DNA of 56,369 nucleotides, filler included, from Sphacelaria rigidula (GCA_964200075.2; 7 parts of 7 records of this genome joined end to end with filler, not necessarily neighbours in it); one strand, 5' to 3'. Positions 24,367 through 36,971 are shown, numbered from the whole stretch's first letter. Numbers and translations: made by a program. Notes: generated by a model from the letters alone, not told the origin.

Positions 24367-24585
24367 TATCGTAGGATGACTCGGATTGACTATCCTTATC
24401 TGTGTGGCCCCTTGCTGTTAGCTCGTGATGTGGTCTGTTTCTGAATCATCCGTGATAGTAACAAGTGAGAAGAAAAGCCTTGTCGAGCACGAGGCCAGTG
24501 CTACTGGAGGAGTCCCTCGTGAATAGTTCACTTGTCCAGATTATCTGGCAGAGGCTGCAAAAGTCATGAGCGGCTAGTAAAGCAT
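24367..24585 (+). repeat. Diverged fragment of the 11498-11810 LTR family
   Basis: Shares GGCCAGTG..CTGGAG.AGTCCCTC.TGAATAG..CTTGTCCAGAT..TCTGGCAGA with 11670-11740. Confidence 0.7.
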
Positions 24586-24599
24586 TCCTAAGGAAACAC

Positions 24600-25050
24600 T
24601 GCCGGACCCAACACTCCCATACCCACTCCCACACCTCATATTATGGGAAGCATACACTGCTTCGAGGAGAAGAAAAACTGCTTCAGAACGCGGAAGCACA
24701 AACTGCTTCTGCGTGCTAGCGATCAACGAAGAAGCACAAATTGCTTCGGCGTCCTAGCAAATCGAAGGGAGGAAGCAGGGGGGTACAACGTTTCGGAGCC
24801 ACAGACAGCTCTACGGACGACAACCGCCAGACATTCGGAATTGACCGCGCCCTATGGACCTCAGCATCAAATAAGGAGGGGGGGTTGCCGTGGCACGCGG
24901 GAGTGCTGCAGGGAGCGGAGAGGTTCATGACCTCATGGCACAGAAATGAAGCGGAGGCCAGCCGACTGCGTGCAATTAGACTGGAGATCAACGAAGCTCA
25001 AATAGCGCAGCAATGACGACAGTCCAGAGGAGAGGATGGTGGGGGGTGAA
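24600..25050 (+). pseudogene. C-terminal fragment of an RTE-type LINE ORF
   Basis: FGIDRALWTSASNKEGGLPWHAGVLQGAERFMTSW parallels WVTATKNMGKWHIGVEKGAGEFEGTW of the 54.8-kb RTE. Confidence 0.6.
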
Positions 25051-25502
25051 CCCCCCCAATGAGGGGTGCCGTTATGTCATGCAATCCTTGTCTTGATACA
25101 CCTGGTATGCTTGTACGTATAGCTGTTCCTCGAGAGGTCGAAAGATGGAACGTTGCGATTCTTAGTTCTTTGGTTGGCGATATTTGGGGCCTTGAGTCGC
25201 GCCCGTAGTCGGACCGTATGTTCATTTCTACTTGACGTCGCGCGTCGGGTTGGGAAGCCGGGTGCCACCCCCTGAAATCCGAATGGCCACTTGCGGCACC
25301 GGATCTTCTGATGTTAGCCATATGTGATATTTTTCTTCCTTATTATTTATCCCTGTTTTGCTTGTACCGCGTTTTGTGACTCTAAATCTGGGTCTATTTT
25401 GTTATTTTTCGTTTTGCTAGCCTGTGACCGCGGAAGGCGTCCGCATCAGATGCCTAGTATCGAATGTACCGCGCAGATAACGGAACGGTTTTTATTGTGA
25501 AG

Positions 25503-25565
<63 letters not shown>
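25503..25565. repeat. (CAA)n microsatellite
   Basis: About 21 units. Confidence 0.97.
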
Positions 25566-26600
25566 GTGAGCAGAGCTTCAATCTGGGGGAATCCAAAGAG
25601 AAAAACGGCAGGGAGGTACAACGGAGCAGAGCTTCAACCTAGGGGAATCCCGAGAGAAAAAATGGCAAGATCAGTATGCGACCAACGCATGTTGGTCGGA
25701 AGTAAAATCTGAAAATCGGTGACCAAGCGAGATCGAGCGCCAGCAGGAAGGAGATACTAGAGTTCCAGTATTCATAGGTGGTGGGTGGCTTTAGTAGTTC
25801 TTCGATCGTCGTCCGATGTAGGTGGTCCTGTTGTGGATGTCGTAGAGTAGGGTCCTAGTGAAGAAAAGAGGACAAAGAATACTACAGAGGGGGGGGGAAT
25901 TCGCAGCAAAGGAGCGCCGTTCAATGCGGGGTGTGGACGTCGTGGCTACGGTCGATGTTGCACTGGAGACCACGGCGAAGTCCTTTGGGCTTGAGGCGCT
26001 GGAGGCAACAGGATCCGCGTGGTGCAGATGGGCTGGTGGTGTATAGTGCTGGCCGGAGCTTAAGCTGTATGGGTCCAGGGTCATCGATGAAGCGCACGAT
26101 GTATGTGTCGGCAGAAACCAGGTTAGCGGAGTGGGTCTGACCCAACCACCAGAGGTTGTCGCTGCATTTAAGCCAAAGGAAGCTACCCTCGGGTAGCATT
26201 CGCTGGTTTGCGAAAAACTTCGTCTTACAAGTCTTGGTGGGTATAAGTTCGTAACCATCGTCTACAAAGCGTAGTCCCTGATCGCGGTGAAGTTCGCGGG
26301 CTGCTGCGCCACGGCGCATGTTGCGATATTTCTTGTTATGAGCAAGATGCTAATGTTGGGATTGCGTCCAGTACAGGAGGATTGCACGGCGGTGCAATTG
26401 AAGGTTGGATTCGCTTCCCCAAACGCTCTTCGAAGACCGTATCAGTGGGTCTTATACATCAAAGCAATTTTTCAACCTCGACCACGGGTGATCTGGGGGC
26501 CGGAGATGGTGGACACGGTCAATCGGAGGGGATGTTCCGTCACGTCGTCGGTGGTAACATGGTAAGGCGAGGACTTGGTCGAGTAGCTGTTGAGAATATA

Positions 26601-27800
26601 CTATGTGAGTCCGGCAGGCGGGTACTTTGGCATGTCGCTTGTATCATGCGGGCTCGTGCAGGGTTTGCATCTGTGCACGAAGACGCGGGGTTTGGTATCC
26701 TTGCCCTGGAAGTCGCGAGGCAGGTCGAGATAAAGCAGTTTGTCATCAACGGGTTTATCATCCGGTGATGATGGCGATGGTCCGACTGTGAGGATCTTGA
26801 ACGGTCCCGTCCAATTGAGGGAACATTTTGGCTTCAAAATGTTTTCTTTGGCTGCCTTGCTGGGGCCTTGGCGGATGGTCGACAAACTCTTGTAGATCCA
26901 AACCCAATCACCAACTTTCCACTTGGGGCGTTTGTGCAAGAGGTTGTAGAGAGCAGTGTTGAATCTCTCTAGGCACGAAGCGTTGATAGGGTGTTGCTTT
27001 CGCACGAGAATAAACGCTTTGCGTTGTCGTGAATACGCTAGCTCGTGATAGGATATCTGATTCTGATCCAATCCTTGGTCGCCATCGAACGTGTGTCGCT
27101 CAAACACGGTGATGGGCAGCCGAGGGTAACGTCCAGCATGGAGTTCGTTCGGGGAAAGGCCTGTGGCGGCGTTGACCGAGTTGTTGTAGGACAACATGAT
27201 GTGCGAGAGATGGAGGTCCTGGTCATTTTGGTGCTTATTGACAACCATAGAGAACATCTGGGCCATGGTGTGATTTACTCTTTCGGTACCACCGTTACCG
27301 CACGGGTGATAGGCGCTCGTGGCAATTTTGCGGAGGGCCAGGAGCTTGTAAAGCTCATCAGAGAGATCTGAGCAAAGTTGCTGACCATTATCTGAAAGGA
27401 GTCGCTTCGGGCAACCGTAGTGCTTAGTGTAGTCGTGGACGAATATGTCGGCCGTTCCGGCGGCAGTAAAATCCGCAGCGGTCATCGCGTACATGGACGC
27501 GTGGCGGCTGAAGCGGCCAGTGAAGAATAGAATAAGATGTAGGTGTTGCCGCGACCTGTGGTCGGTAGAGGGCCAAAGTAGTAGTCAAAGGACACGAGGT
27601 GGCCTGGCGCGTTGAGGAGTCCCATGGAGATGACGGGCCAGCGAACTGTCTGCCGTGAAGTCTTTCGGGCTTGGCATTTGAAGCATTGCCGAATCCACAG
27701 GCGGGTAGAAATTTCTATGCCAATCCACCAGTAGAAGCGTTCTAAGAGCGCTAGGGTGCGGGTGACGCCAAGGTAACATGACAAGTCTGTGTGACAGCCT
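26601..27800 (-). pseudogene. Gypsy integrase (frameshifted)
   Basis: ORFs 27482..27925 and 26601..27494. Confidence 0.92.
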
Positions 27801-28976
27801 TTCATGACCCAGGGGCGCATTAACAATGGGACATATATGCGCGTTGGTTCGTCATCGAGTAGTCGTGCTTGGCGTCCCGTGGTTGAGACGGAAATCGCGC
27901 CCGTCAAAGGCGTGGGGCGACGCACGCGTAGTTGTACACATTCACCCGTAGTAAAAAGGGTGCCTACACGAGTTCGTGTACATCAGAGATGTCTGGTGGG
28001 GGCAGTGTGCCAACGGGGGCCAGAAGGGCGGATGGACAAGGGACTGGACAGTCAAGTTGTAAGTGCCAGATGGCTGCGCGACATAGTGGTTCCGCGTTCT
28101 GTTCGCGAGCCCAATCGCGGTGAGAGTGACTGGCGAGAAACTCGCGTAGTTGACCTTCCGCTGGCGAGCCGACCAAACATGGTGGGGTAGGCAGCGGGGG
28201 AATAGGCGACGGGGCAGAAACGCCGACGTCGATATCTGCCCCTGGAGCAGGAGCTGAGTCGTCAGCTCCATGCTCGGGAGCGGTAGATGTTGATGGCACC
28301 GTTACGGGCGGCGGGGCTGTATCAGTGCGCGGCGAAGATTGTCCGCGGCGCGTCGGGCACGTTGCAAGAGGTTTCGCGGAGCGTTGCGTGCTGGTCCGTG
28401 GGACCGGTGCTGCGTGGCTCGTGGAATTTGCAGGTGTAAGAGGTGGCGGTGGGGCACTCGGAGGGGTGGTGCGGGCGGCAGACCGAGAGTGCGTGTTGTC
28501 GGAGTTCAAGTAGGTGACCGAAGGTGTCTCCGTGAAGAACTCCGCGCGAGTACCGAAAGTGCGGAACTCGACAAAATTAGAGGTAGTACGCGCTAATCCA
28601 CCCAAGACGGCGTCATATGGTAGAGGGCGAGGCCCTCACATATGCATATCAGTTTCTGGGCACTGAAGGTCGAGGGTGTAAACGGGCGTTGAAAACCGTC
28701 TAATCGGGTGAATGCCAGGTTCATCGGGTTCCGTTAAACGGCAAGCCGGGATGGAATCTGCGGCCGTAGGCGGCAGGGGTAGTCGAGAAAAAAGGTCAGC
28801 GTTTCCGTTGGTTTTGCCTGGACGGTGCTTAATGGAATACAGGTATGCTGTTCGAAACTCCAACCATACTTGTACGCGCGGGTTGTGTTCACCAACCTTG
28901 GTGAGTTGTTCGAGTGCTTCATGATCTGTATAAATCTCGAAGGGCACGTGAAACAGATATTATCGAAGGCGCTTAA

Positions 28977-30012
28977 CCCTTTTGGGGCCGTGCCTCCAGA
29001 ACGACTAATGAGGCTGGTCAGGAATGACGTGTTTGGCGTCTGCACGAAGCAGTGGCATGTTGCTGAAAATTCGCGTATGTAACCGCAGGGTTATGACGAA
29101 GACCGAAAGTTTCATCCAATCAATTTTCAGGTGCAGGGTGCGCATTAGATAATGTACGTCTGATGTAGCAAGCAGTATGGGTCGTGGTCGAGAGCTTCCA
29201 ACAGGATGCGGCGACCGGCGAGCCACCCGCCACTTGTGGCTTTGGATGATAAGTTTGTCCCCATCACCTTGCCACACAGCCCTTCGTGGTCTGGGTGGGC
29301 CGCCATCCCCCCTTCTTGCAAGCGGCAAATTCTCTTCGAAGGGTATCAGCGTTGCGGCGCGCATGCATACAACAGTGTAGTACAGTACAGTGTAGTACGT
29401 CTCTCCGACTGAAGCAGCACCTGCCGCTGCATACTCCCTTGCACGTTCTGGGCAATTCTCAGCTACCGAAATCAGCTGCCGATATACAGCATTGTCATTC
29501 CCGTTCACTACATACATGTGGACTGCACACTGCAAGTCATCGGCAGAGGGATACGCAAAACTCATTACGGTAGCTCATGTTGTCTTTCCAGAGCCCCCCT
29601 GGATTTTGTGCCTCATGAAAATGACCACATTGTGGCATGTACCCTCCTTCCCGGTTTTTGCCGGTCCACCCTGTGTTAGTGTAAATGACTACGTTTCAGT
29701 ATAGAATTGGGACCCGAAAAACACTCCGGAAAAACTCGGTGACGGTATACTGAGTGCAAGGAATACCATAAAACCAAGCTACGACCACCCTGCACTTGGA
29801 AACCTGGGGAGGCTTATCTGGGCCAGGGATAGGCCCCCCACACGATGCTTGCAGTGACATTACACTCGACAACAATCCCCACGCTGGTCGTTCGGGTCTG
29901 GTCGATAATTTTTGCCTCGCCGTGTTTGGGCAGGTCGCTCGGAGCCTTATTGTGTATTATTCCACTAATACAGGGTTGACCCTGTGTTAGTGGGAGTCCG
30001 GTCCCAAAAGGG
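28977..30012. mobile_element. Non-autonomous piggyBac-type element (1036 bp) inserted in the Gypsy RNase H
   Basis: TTAA-CCCTTTTGGGGCCG ... CGGTCCCAAAAGGG-TCAA; removal restores TWAI-KRLR; the left 185 bp recur inverted at 40336-40525. Confidence 0.9.
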
Positions 30013-30531
30013 TCAATGGCCCAGGTGATTACTCCGCCTTCCAGTTCTAGCGGGCTCCAATTGGCCTCATTGGTCAGGGTGGCGCGGCTGATATGGAGGA
30101 TGGATCGTACGGAGCCATCAAACTGAGTTTGGTTCAAAACTCCTCCAAATCCGTTTGTGCTGGCGTCAGTGTGGAGATAGAAAAGGCGAGTCTTGTACTG
30201 CCTCCCAATCAGGAAAGCAGAGTACCGGCTTTTCGGTAAGCGTCATAAACAATTCACGGGCGATATTCTCCATATCGATCGTGAAGGTAAACACGGCTCC
30301 TTCCTTGAGTAACTCAGTAAGGGGGCGAATCCTTTTAGATAAATTCGGCAACAAATTGCGATAGTAGGATAGTCCGCTCATCAATGAGCGAAGTTGAAGA
30401 AGGTCAGTTGGCATCGGCAAGTCAGTCATCGCCTCAACTTTGCTTGTATCCGGATGCAGGCCTGCTGGCGAAATGGAACGCCCTAGGAAGTCCAAGTCAG
30501 TCGCACAAAGGCGAGCTTCGGATGGAGACAG

Positions 30532-30748
30532 TGTAATGCGTGAGAGGACCGCGTGCTTAGAGGATTGCGCCGTAGTTCAAAATACCTCAGGAACGACGTT
30601 TTTCAAAACCAATCGGGTCAGTCCCTGCAGGTACCACGCCCCTGACCCTAACCCCAACACTAACACTAACACTAACACTAACACTAACCCTAGGGGTCTT
30701 CAAATTCCGGTGCGGTCCTCTAAGCACGCGGTCCTCTCCCGCATTACA
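30532..30748. mobile_element. 217-bp TIR element (TGT...ACA termini, 4-bp TSD ACAG) carrying telomere-like hexamers, inserted in the Gypsy RT
   Basis: ~33-bp TIRs with one mismatch; ACAG at 30528-30531 and 30749-30752; removal restores LRTHSLKLSPSEARL. Confidence 0.92.
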
Positions 30749-32168
30749 ACAGTTTCAAACTGTGTGTGCGTAGGCGAGAGAGAAATTCTCGTAGAGTGCG
30801 GATATGTGCAATAGGTGAGGCATCGAAAGCAGTAGCGTCATCCAGGTACATGATGATGTGCTCGAGGCCCTCGGTGACGCGTTGCATTGAGCATTGAAAT
30901 CATCCCGGGGCAGTGGCGGCGCCTTGTGGGATTCAAAGCCACTCGTAGAGTCCGGACGAGGTACAAAAGACCGTCAGTGGGACTGTGTCAGGGTGTATAG
31001 CATTCTGAAAAAAATCCAGAAGCGAGGTCGAAGGTGCTGAATATGTTCCCTTCGCCTAAGGAGTCGAAGACTTCATCAATGCGGGGAATTGGAAGTTTAC
31101 CAACCACAGTGACGCGATTCAACCGTTGGTAGTTCACGGTTTTGCGTATGTTTCCATCCTTTTTGGGAACGACCACAAGTGGCGAGGCCCAAGGAAAGTA
31201 GGAGTGTTGCATTAATCCCGCTCCCAAACACGCATCCAAGATGGCGTTAACCTTGTTGGTAAGGATTGGGTTTGTCCGGTATGGCCGAGAAGAGATCGGC
31301 GAGACGCCGGGTTGGAGGGTAACCTCAGAGGTCAGCGTTTTGCAATGCCCAAGATCCGTCTTAGATCTGGAAAATCGGTCTTGGTAATGCAGCAGGACAT
31401 CACTGAGTTCTCGGATGACTGCCGGTTCCCAGCCGGGCCCATGAAGGTCAAAATTGATGTCGCGCATGTGTGGCTGCATTTGGTGCCACATCTGCAAGAA
31501 ACTATTCCGAGAATCTGGTGATAAGCGTTGAAGCACTTCGGCAAGAGGATCGAAATTTGACTTGGCAAGATCCATGGGGTGGGCCTGGGGTGCAGTCGCA
31601 GAGGCAAGGTCGAAATAAGGTTCATCGACACAATGTACTGAATCCGTCGGAGATGTTGCGTTTGGCGCGGCAGGCTCTGTTACGCACGTCTCGAGTGGGA
31701 TGCGCATTAGGGGAGCAGCGACGATTCTTAAAGTATAGCCGGGTTCCAAGTAAACATGACCCGTAAGAGGGAGGAGTTGGTGTCCCGCCGAGACAAAATG
31801 TTCTGAGTCGGCTAGTGCGCCAATACGGGGTAACATTTCGGCAAGATAATGACCCATAAGTGCTGGCATGCCATTTCGGCGGACTAGTGCAACTTCTATA
31901 AGTTGAGGATCGTCGGAGAGTGTAATACCAACGCTACCGTTGTTTCGTAGGTGGAAAGTAGCTCCGGTTGCTTGAGTATTTTTGTGCAAGGCCAGAGCGC
32001 CGTGGAGTGTACCAACGTGTTCAAGGTTGAATTCTCCACGAGGTGTGGAATGTGGCGATGGTGGGGGAAGCGTGCGGTAAGTTCGTTTATTAAACCGCAT
32101 ATAACAGACGATTTTATATTTTGGGGTTCAAACAAAATATGGGGCTGAAGTGGCATATCTGTCTTGCA

Positions 32169-32268
32169 NNNNNNNNNNNNNNNNNNNNNNNNNNNNNNNN
32201 NNNNNNNNNNNNTTAATTAATTAANNNNNNNNNNNNNNNNNNNNNNNNNNNNNNNNNNNNNNNNNNNN
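32169..32268. other. Artificial 100-bp linker
   Basis: Identical N/TTAATTAATTAA/N structure. Confidence 0.98.
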
Positions 32269-32296
32269 GGGGGCGTGGGCATGGGTGTGTTTTGGG

Positions 32297-32331
<35 letters not shown>

Positions 32332-33118
32332 GGGGGGGGGGGATATTTCAGCAAAATATGCTCATTTATCTCGATTTGGGTCGGAGCGAATTTCCAAGCT
32401 TTTGATCGAAAAAAGAGGGAAAATTGTGAGACGGTACATGGTCTCTCTTGTACAAAGCAGTTTGTACCGTCTGCACTTTTTGCATGCATTGTGTCTTGGA
32501 TGCGTGTGTGCGTGTTTCATATGGGAGGATGTGAAAAACAAGTGGGTAACGTGCAGTGCAGATAGCCCAGAAATATCTGTTATCTCTCCTCAACATGCGA
32601 GTGAAAAGGACTTGGACAATGTGCAGCTTTATATTGCCTGCACTGTCCGTGAGCGTGTATGCAACTCGGTTGCCCACCCCTCCACGCAAGTTCGTCGCTG
32701 ATCCCTTAAAAGAAAATGCTCAAGTTTTCGCCAACAAAGAATGAACAAAGCATACCCAACTATTAATAGTGTAGTGTATCTATTCCTGTGCTCAACTCGT
32801 GCTCTATCCTGCAGGGTTGCGGTGGTCGCTGAAAATGATTTGTATGGAGTTTGCATGGTTCTATGAACGGGTGGAATCTGTTGTGGTTGTCTGTAAAATA
32901 GGGGTCAAGTGCCCTTTCGTGCCCTTCAACCGCATGTTTTCGACCGGAAAAACTCAGCTTTATTGCTTTATACTTCTTCTCCGCGCACAGCACGTTATTA
33001 AAAACAGTCGAAGCCGACTAGGAACAGAAGAGCGGTTGACGTATCAGTTTGAAAAAAATATTTCCCCCCCCACTCGTTCGATCGAAATAAAATATGCGAA
33101 GACACGCCCCAAGTAAGG

Positions 33119-33233
33119 GTTGACCCTCTGACGTCGAGTGATATATGTGTGAATCGGCATCAATTTTATACATTTTTCATGTACAAGTGATGCCGATTCA
33201 CAAATAGACCACCACTCGCAGTCGAAGGGTTAG
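33119..33233. mobile_element. Degenerate TTAA-type MITE
   Basis: TTGACCCTCTGAC ... GTCGAAGGGTTAG; internal inverted GTGAATCGGCATCA / TGATGCCGATTCAC. Confidence 0.7.
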
Positions 33234-34582
33234 CTGATCCCCAGGAGTCATGGTCCAGCCGGGGTCACATGATGGTCACATGATACGCGTATCCAAGATG
33301 GAAACAAATCGAGGATACTCGCCTAAGAGAAGTGAAGAGAACGTGAGCTTAGAACAGACGGATTGGACGTGGAGAAGAGAACAACGAAGGAGGGAAGAAC
33401 AGACAAGAAACAAGCACCAGGGTAAAAATAACAAATGGATGTCCACTGCAGCATGACTCCGGTGGAAAACGTCTGGTGGAAAAAACACTCACTCAGGCCG
33501 TGTCTTATCAAATTGTGTTCGACTCGAAAACGTCCGGTGGAATCGAATTTTCTCTCACCTGATACGCCCACGGCATCCATGTTCTCAACCATCTGAGAAA
33601 ATAAAGAGCGTGGACGAATCAGAAACGAGGGAATTCGATTCGACCGCACGTTTTCGACACGATTTTTTTTCAAGACACGACCTCATCACATCCAATTAAT
33701 CGTTATAAGCAAGCCGTGGAGAAAGATTGCGGCTCATCTATTTCGACCTCATTGCCGTTTTGGAAATGAAGCTGTCGTCATCCATGAACGCTACGGAAGC
33801 GAGGCACCAAACTGCTACTTTCTCGACTACAACTGCATGGCGATTACTGTATCGTTGTGGTTTCATCCTGTGAAAAGTCGAAGGGTGCGTCCCTCCTGTC
33901 TGACTGGCGCGCGACTCTACTACGCTACGAGTGCAGACAGCGCTACTGCAGCCGAAGGTCGGCAGAGACCAAAATCCTGTGAGACGTACCTTCGCGGCGG
34001 CAGTGGTACGCTCTATATGCTGCATGGACAACGCCGGATGCTCCACAGTAGTCTACGGTACTTACATTCCGTTCGCTGACCGCAAGTTTGCTTGTCCGGA
34101 CATAATCACCAACCGCTTGTCCCCCGTGGGACACATGGGGCTGTCGGGAGCCTCTTAACCCAACAGTTTTTTTTGGGGGTAGGGTAAATACCCGATGTGT
34201 ACCCTCCCGAATTTTGTACGTATTGCGATGGTCCGATACTCCAAAATCTATCCAAATATTGGGGACTGCTGCTCGTATTCAGCGATAAGCTTGGGGTTTT
34301 CTGGTAGCAGTTTGTTCACAAGAGGGTGGGTCATCCGAGTCTTTGCATTCATTTTTCATGCGAAAGTGATACTAGTTCAACAGCTTACCCGTTTGTTGCG
34401 TCACAGGGTTGAACTAGGCGGCGGGCCCATGGGTACGGGTCAAATTTCATAACGCAAACACCAATTTCAAGTAATTTATTTTAAATTATTACCAGTCCCT
34501 CTACGTTTCATAACGCATTTCATAACGCAAACTTGATTTTAGTATGGAATCCGTCACACTCGTGTTTACCGGTCTTCTGCAG

Positions 34583-34805
34583 CTGGCAGTACATGACCGT
34601 GCTGCGGAGAGATGGTATCCACGACAACAACGGCCTCACAAGGAGTGCTTTGTCTTTCTGTTTAAGGGTTGGTATACCAAACGTTCGCTATGAGCGTCGT
34701 CGTGCCTGCGGTATGGTTGCAGTGGCCGGGGTTGGCGTCGCAGTCTCCATTTGCGCTCAACTTGCTCCTCCTCCTGTACCCTCCGCGGCTTTGGATACGG
34801 GCCAG
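34583..34805 (+). CDS. Possible internal exon, unknown protein
   Basis: TTCTGCAG acceptor and CAG/GTATAA donor around an open frame ending RRRACGMVAVAGVGVAVSICAQLAPPPVPSAALDTGQ; no partner exons found. Confidence 0.3.
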
Positions 34806-35511
34806 GTATAAGATCATTGTGCGTTGTTTCCTGCTCCCGGACGTCACAACCCCGAGCAAGATAGTACATGAGCATCAATGCTGCTGGGTCCCTATTGTCG
34901 GCCGTCGTGCTTTTGTTCTGGATAGCTCGTGTTGATCGGTGCCGTACAGACAGTACTCACGCGATGCCCACCGCCTGGCCAGGGTTGGTGCATATTGCGG
35001 TAAAGATACACAGTACAGTCGGTGCCGCGCCAGAAATTATTTGGAGAATGCGATGGCGAAGACGACCAAGTACTATACGCACCGAACACAGGACAGCTAA
35101 CGTAAACACGTATCCCTCTTGCGTGTGCGACCCCGTGTGCTACAGCACCGCCCCCGTCGAAGGTGTACCGTAAGCTTGCTTCATGGTGAGATGGTGCTTG
35201 TAAAAATATCATCGAGATACTGTACTATTCTGGGCTGTAGCCAGCAGGCGGAGGGAAAGGAAGCCCAGACCAGGCCTAGACATGAAAAAAACCCCAAACC
35301 ATTCAACCTTGTTGATCTCTCTGCGGTACATGGGGCTTGAGTAGCGCACGTGTGTACACCAACGCAGAAATCCCGGGTTAAATCCGTTCGAGAATCGTGA
35401 ACAACGACGAAAAAATAGCTGGTTTGAGTTTAATTATTTCATAACGACCCGTACCCGTTAACTCGGTGCCTCAAACTAAACCCTTTACCGCTGGGGTGAG
35501 TTATCTGCTTC

Positions 35512-35621
35512 TTAACCCTTCGACCGCGGTGCGGACAGTCCATCTGGATCACGCATACTTTCTGCAAGTGAACATTGATGCCGATTTAGCAGGTGACCTA
35601 TCCTCACGGTCTAGGGGTTAA
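35512..35621. mobile_element. piggyBac-type MITE (~100 bp)
   Basis: TTAA-CCCTTCGACCG ... CGGTCTAGGGG-TTAA. Confidence 0.85.
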
Positions 35622-35937
35622 TGTAAGTTTTCAAACAGAAAATATTACCGACTCGACAGACGACTGACCCTGAATATCTCGAAGAGTTGATGACAATCGG
35701 AGGACGGAGGAAGACCCTTCGTCGCGCTACGTTAACAGTCTAGCGGCCAAACGGGTTTCACTCCTTGACAAGCAGAGTGGATCGTGGAGTAGGACATATG
35801 AGTGGATGTATTCCAGTGAAACATTTTTCTCATGGGGGCAAGGTACCTAGAGGATCTGGTTGTGTGGAGTGACAAAATCGTAATTGGATAGGCGAGTACC
35901 TCGAAGGCGGATCACATGTGACAGGGGTCACATCTAC

Positions 35938-36247
35938 TTAACCCTTAGACCGCGAGGTTAGTCTTCTGTTGAACCGACATCAATTTCAAGTGAAGAAAGT
36001 AGGCATGATGCAGAAAGACTAATCTCGCGGTCTAAGGGTTTAACCCTTAGATGGCGAGAATAGGTCATCTGTTGAATCGGCATCGTATTCACTTGAAAAA
36101 AGTATGCATGATCCAGATGAACTACCCTCGCGGTCGAAGGGTTAACCCTTGGACGGCGAGGGTAGGTCACCTTTCGAATCGGCATCACCTTCACTTGGAG
36201 AAAGTATGCATGATCCAGGTGACCTACCCTCGCGGTCGAAGGGTTAA
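35938..36247. mobile_element. Three adjacent ~98-bp piggyBac-type MITEs sharing TTAA junctions
   Basis: TTAA at 35938, ~36040, 36142 and 36244; each unit CCCTT...AAGGG. Confidence 0.88.
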
Positions 36248-36971
36248 TCTGGGACGGGGGAGGCGGCGCTTGGCGCCGAAACCGGCACACAACATTGCTG
36301 CTCCCATAGGAAATTTCCCATTGTTTTCGTGTCCAAAGGGTCAATTTTTGAGTGCTCGCGAAGAGAAACCTCGGTATCTCCACAGCTGGCTTTCAAATAA
36401 TAACGATGCCGATTCAACATAATTGCGGAGGCACCTGGGCGGGTGAAAGGGTTGATTTCTAACTACTTCAGTTGAGCCGTTGGCCGTCAGGGTAGGTAAT
36501 CTCGGTCACGCATTCTATTTTCGAATGAAAGTGATGCCAATTCAACAGATGACAGACATGACCTGGAGGGTCAGCAAGATGAGCATTTGGCCTCCAAAAC
36601 AACCCCTGTTGAGTTGTCACTTACTCCAATGAACGCGCGCCACGTATGATGATTTGGACGGACATTTATCAACCGCGGCTGCTTCAATGCAGTTGCCAAC
36701 CGCTTCGTGGGCAAGGGACCTTTTTCGGCACCAGACGCAACATGCGAACGCTGGGCGGACGGACCACGGTAAAAATCCGAAGGAAATGAACTGGTACACT
36801 TACCGTGAACCCTTCGATCTTTGACCGCACTCTCCGTCAAATTGGCGAACGTTTCGAGTATTGTCGTCTTTGCACGCGCCCCACACAACGGGCCACGTGT
36901 GCTCCTCTTCAGTGGAGGGGACCCAAAGAAATGGTCGTGAGCAATGGTTGGTACAATGGAGATGCCGCCAG

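Larger units (their letters stand above)
25921..32168 (-). mobile_element. Degraded Ty3/Gypsy pol (RT, RNase H, integrase, chromodomain, extra C-terminal domain), cut by the segment end
   Basis: RT: RPYR, WASPLVVVPKKDG, FSTFDLASGF, YLDD (~30840); RNase H: LELEGGVITWAI/KRLR, IYTDHEAL; integrase: Zn finger ...FYWW...CFKCQ, LLSDNG, YHPCGNGGTERVN, WTGPF; LTRs not identified. Confidence 0.95.

Noticed and set aside
25568-25670. Gypsy 3' LTR
   Set aside because: Only a local 43-bp duplication is visible; no PPT, TG...CA pair or partner LTR in this segment
33738-33830. VAFMDDDSFISK as the missing first exon of the receiver domain
   Set aside because: On the opposite strand to the REC exons
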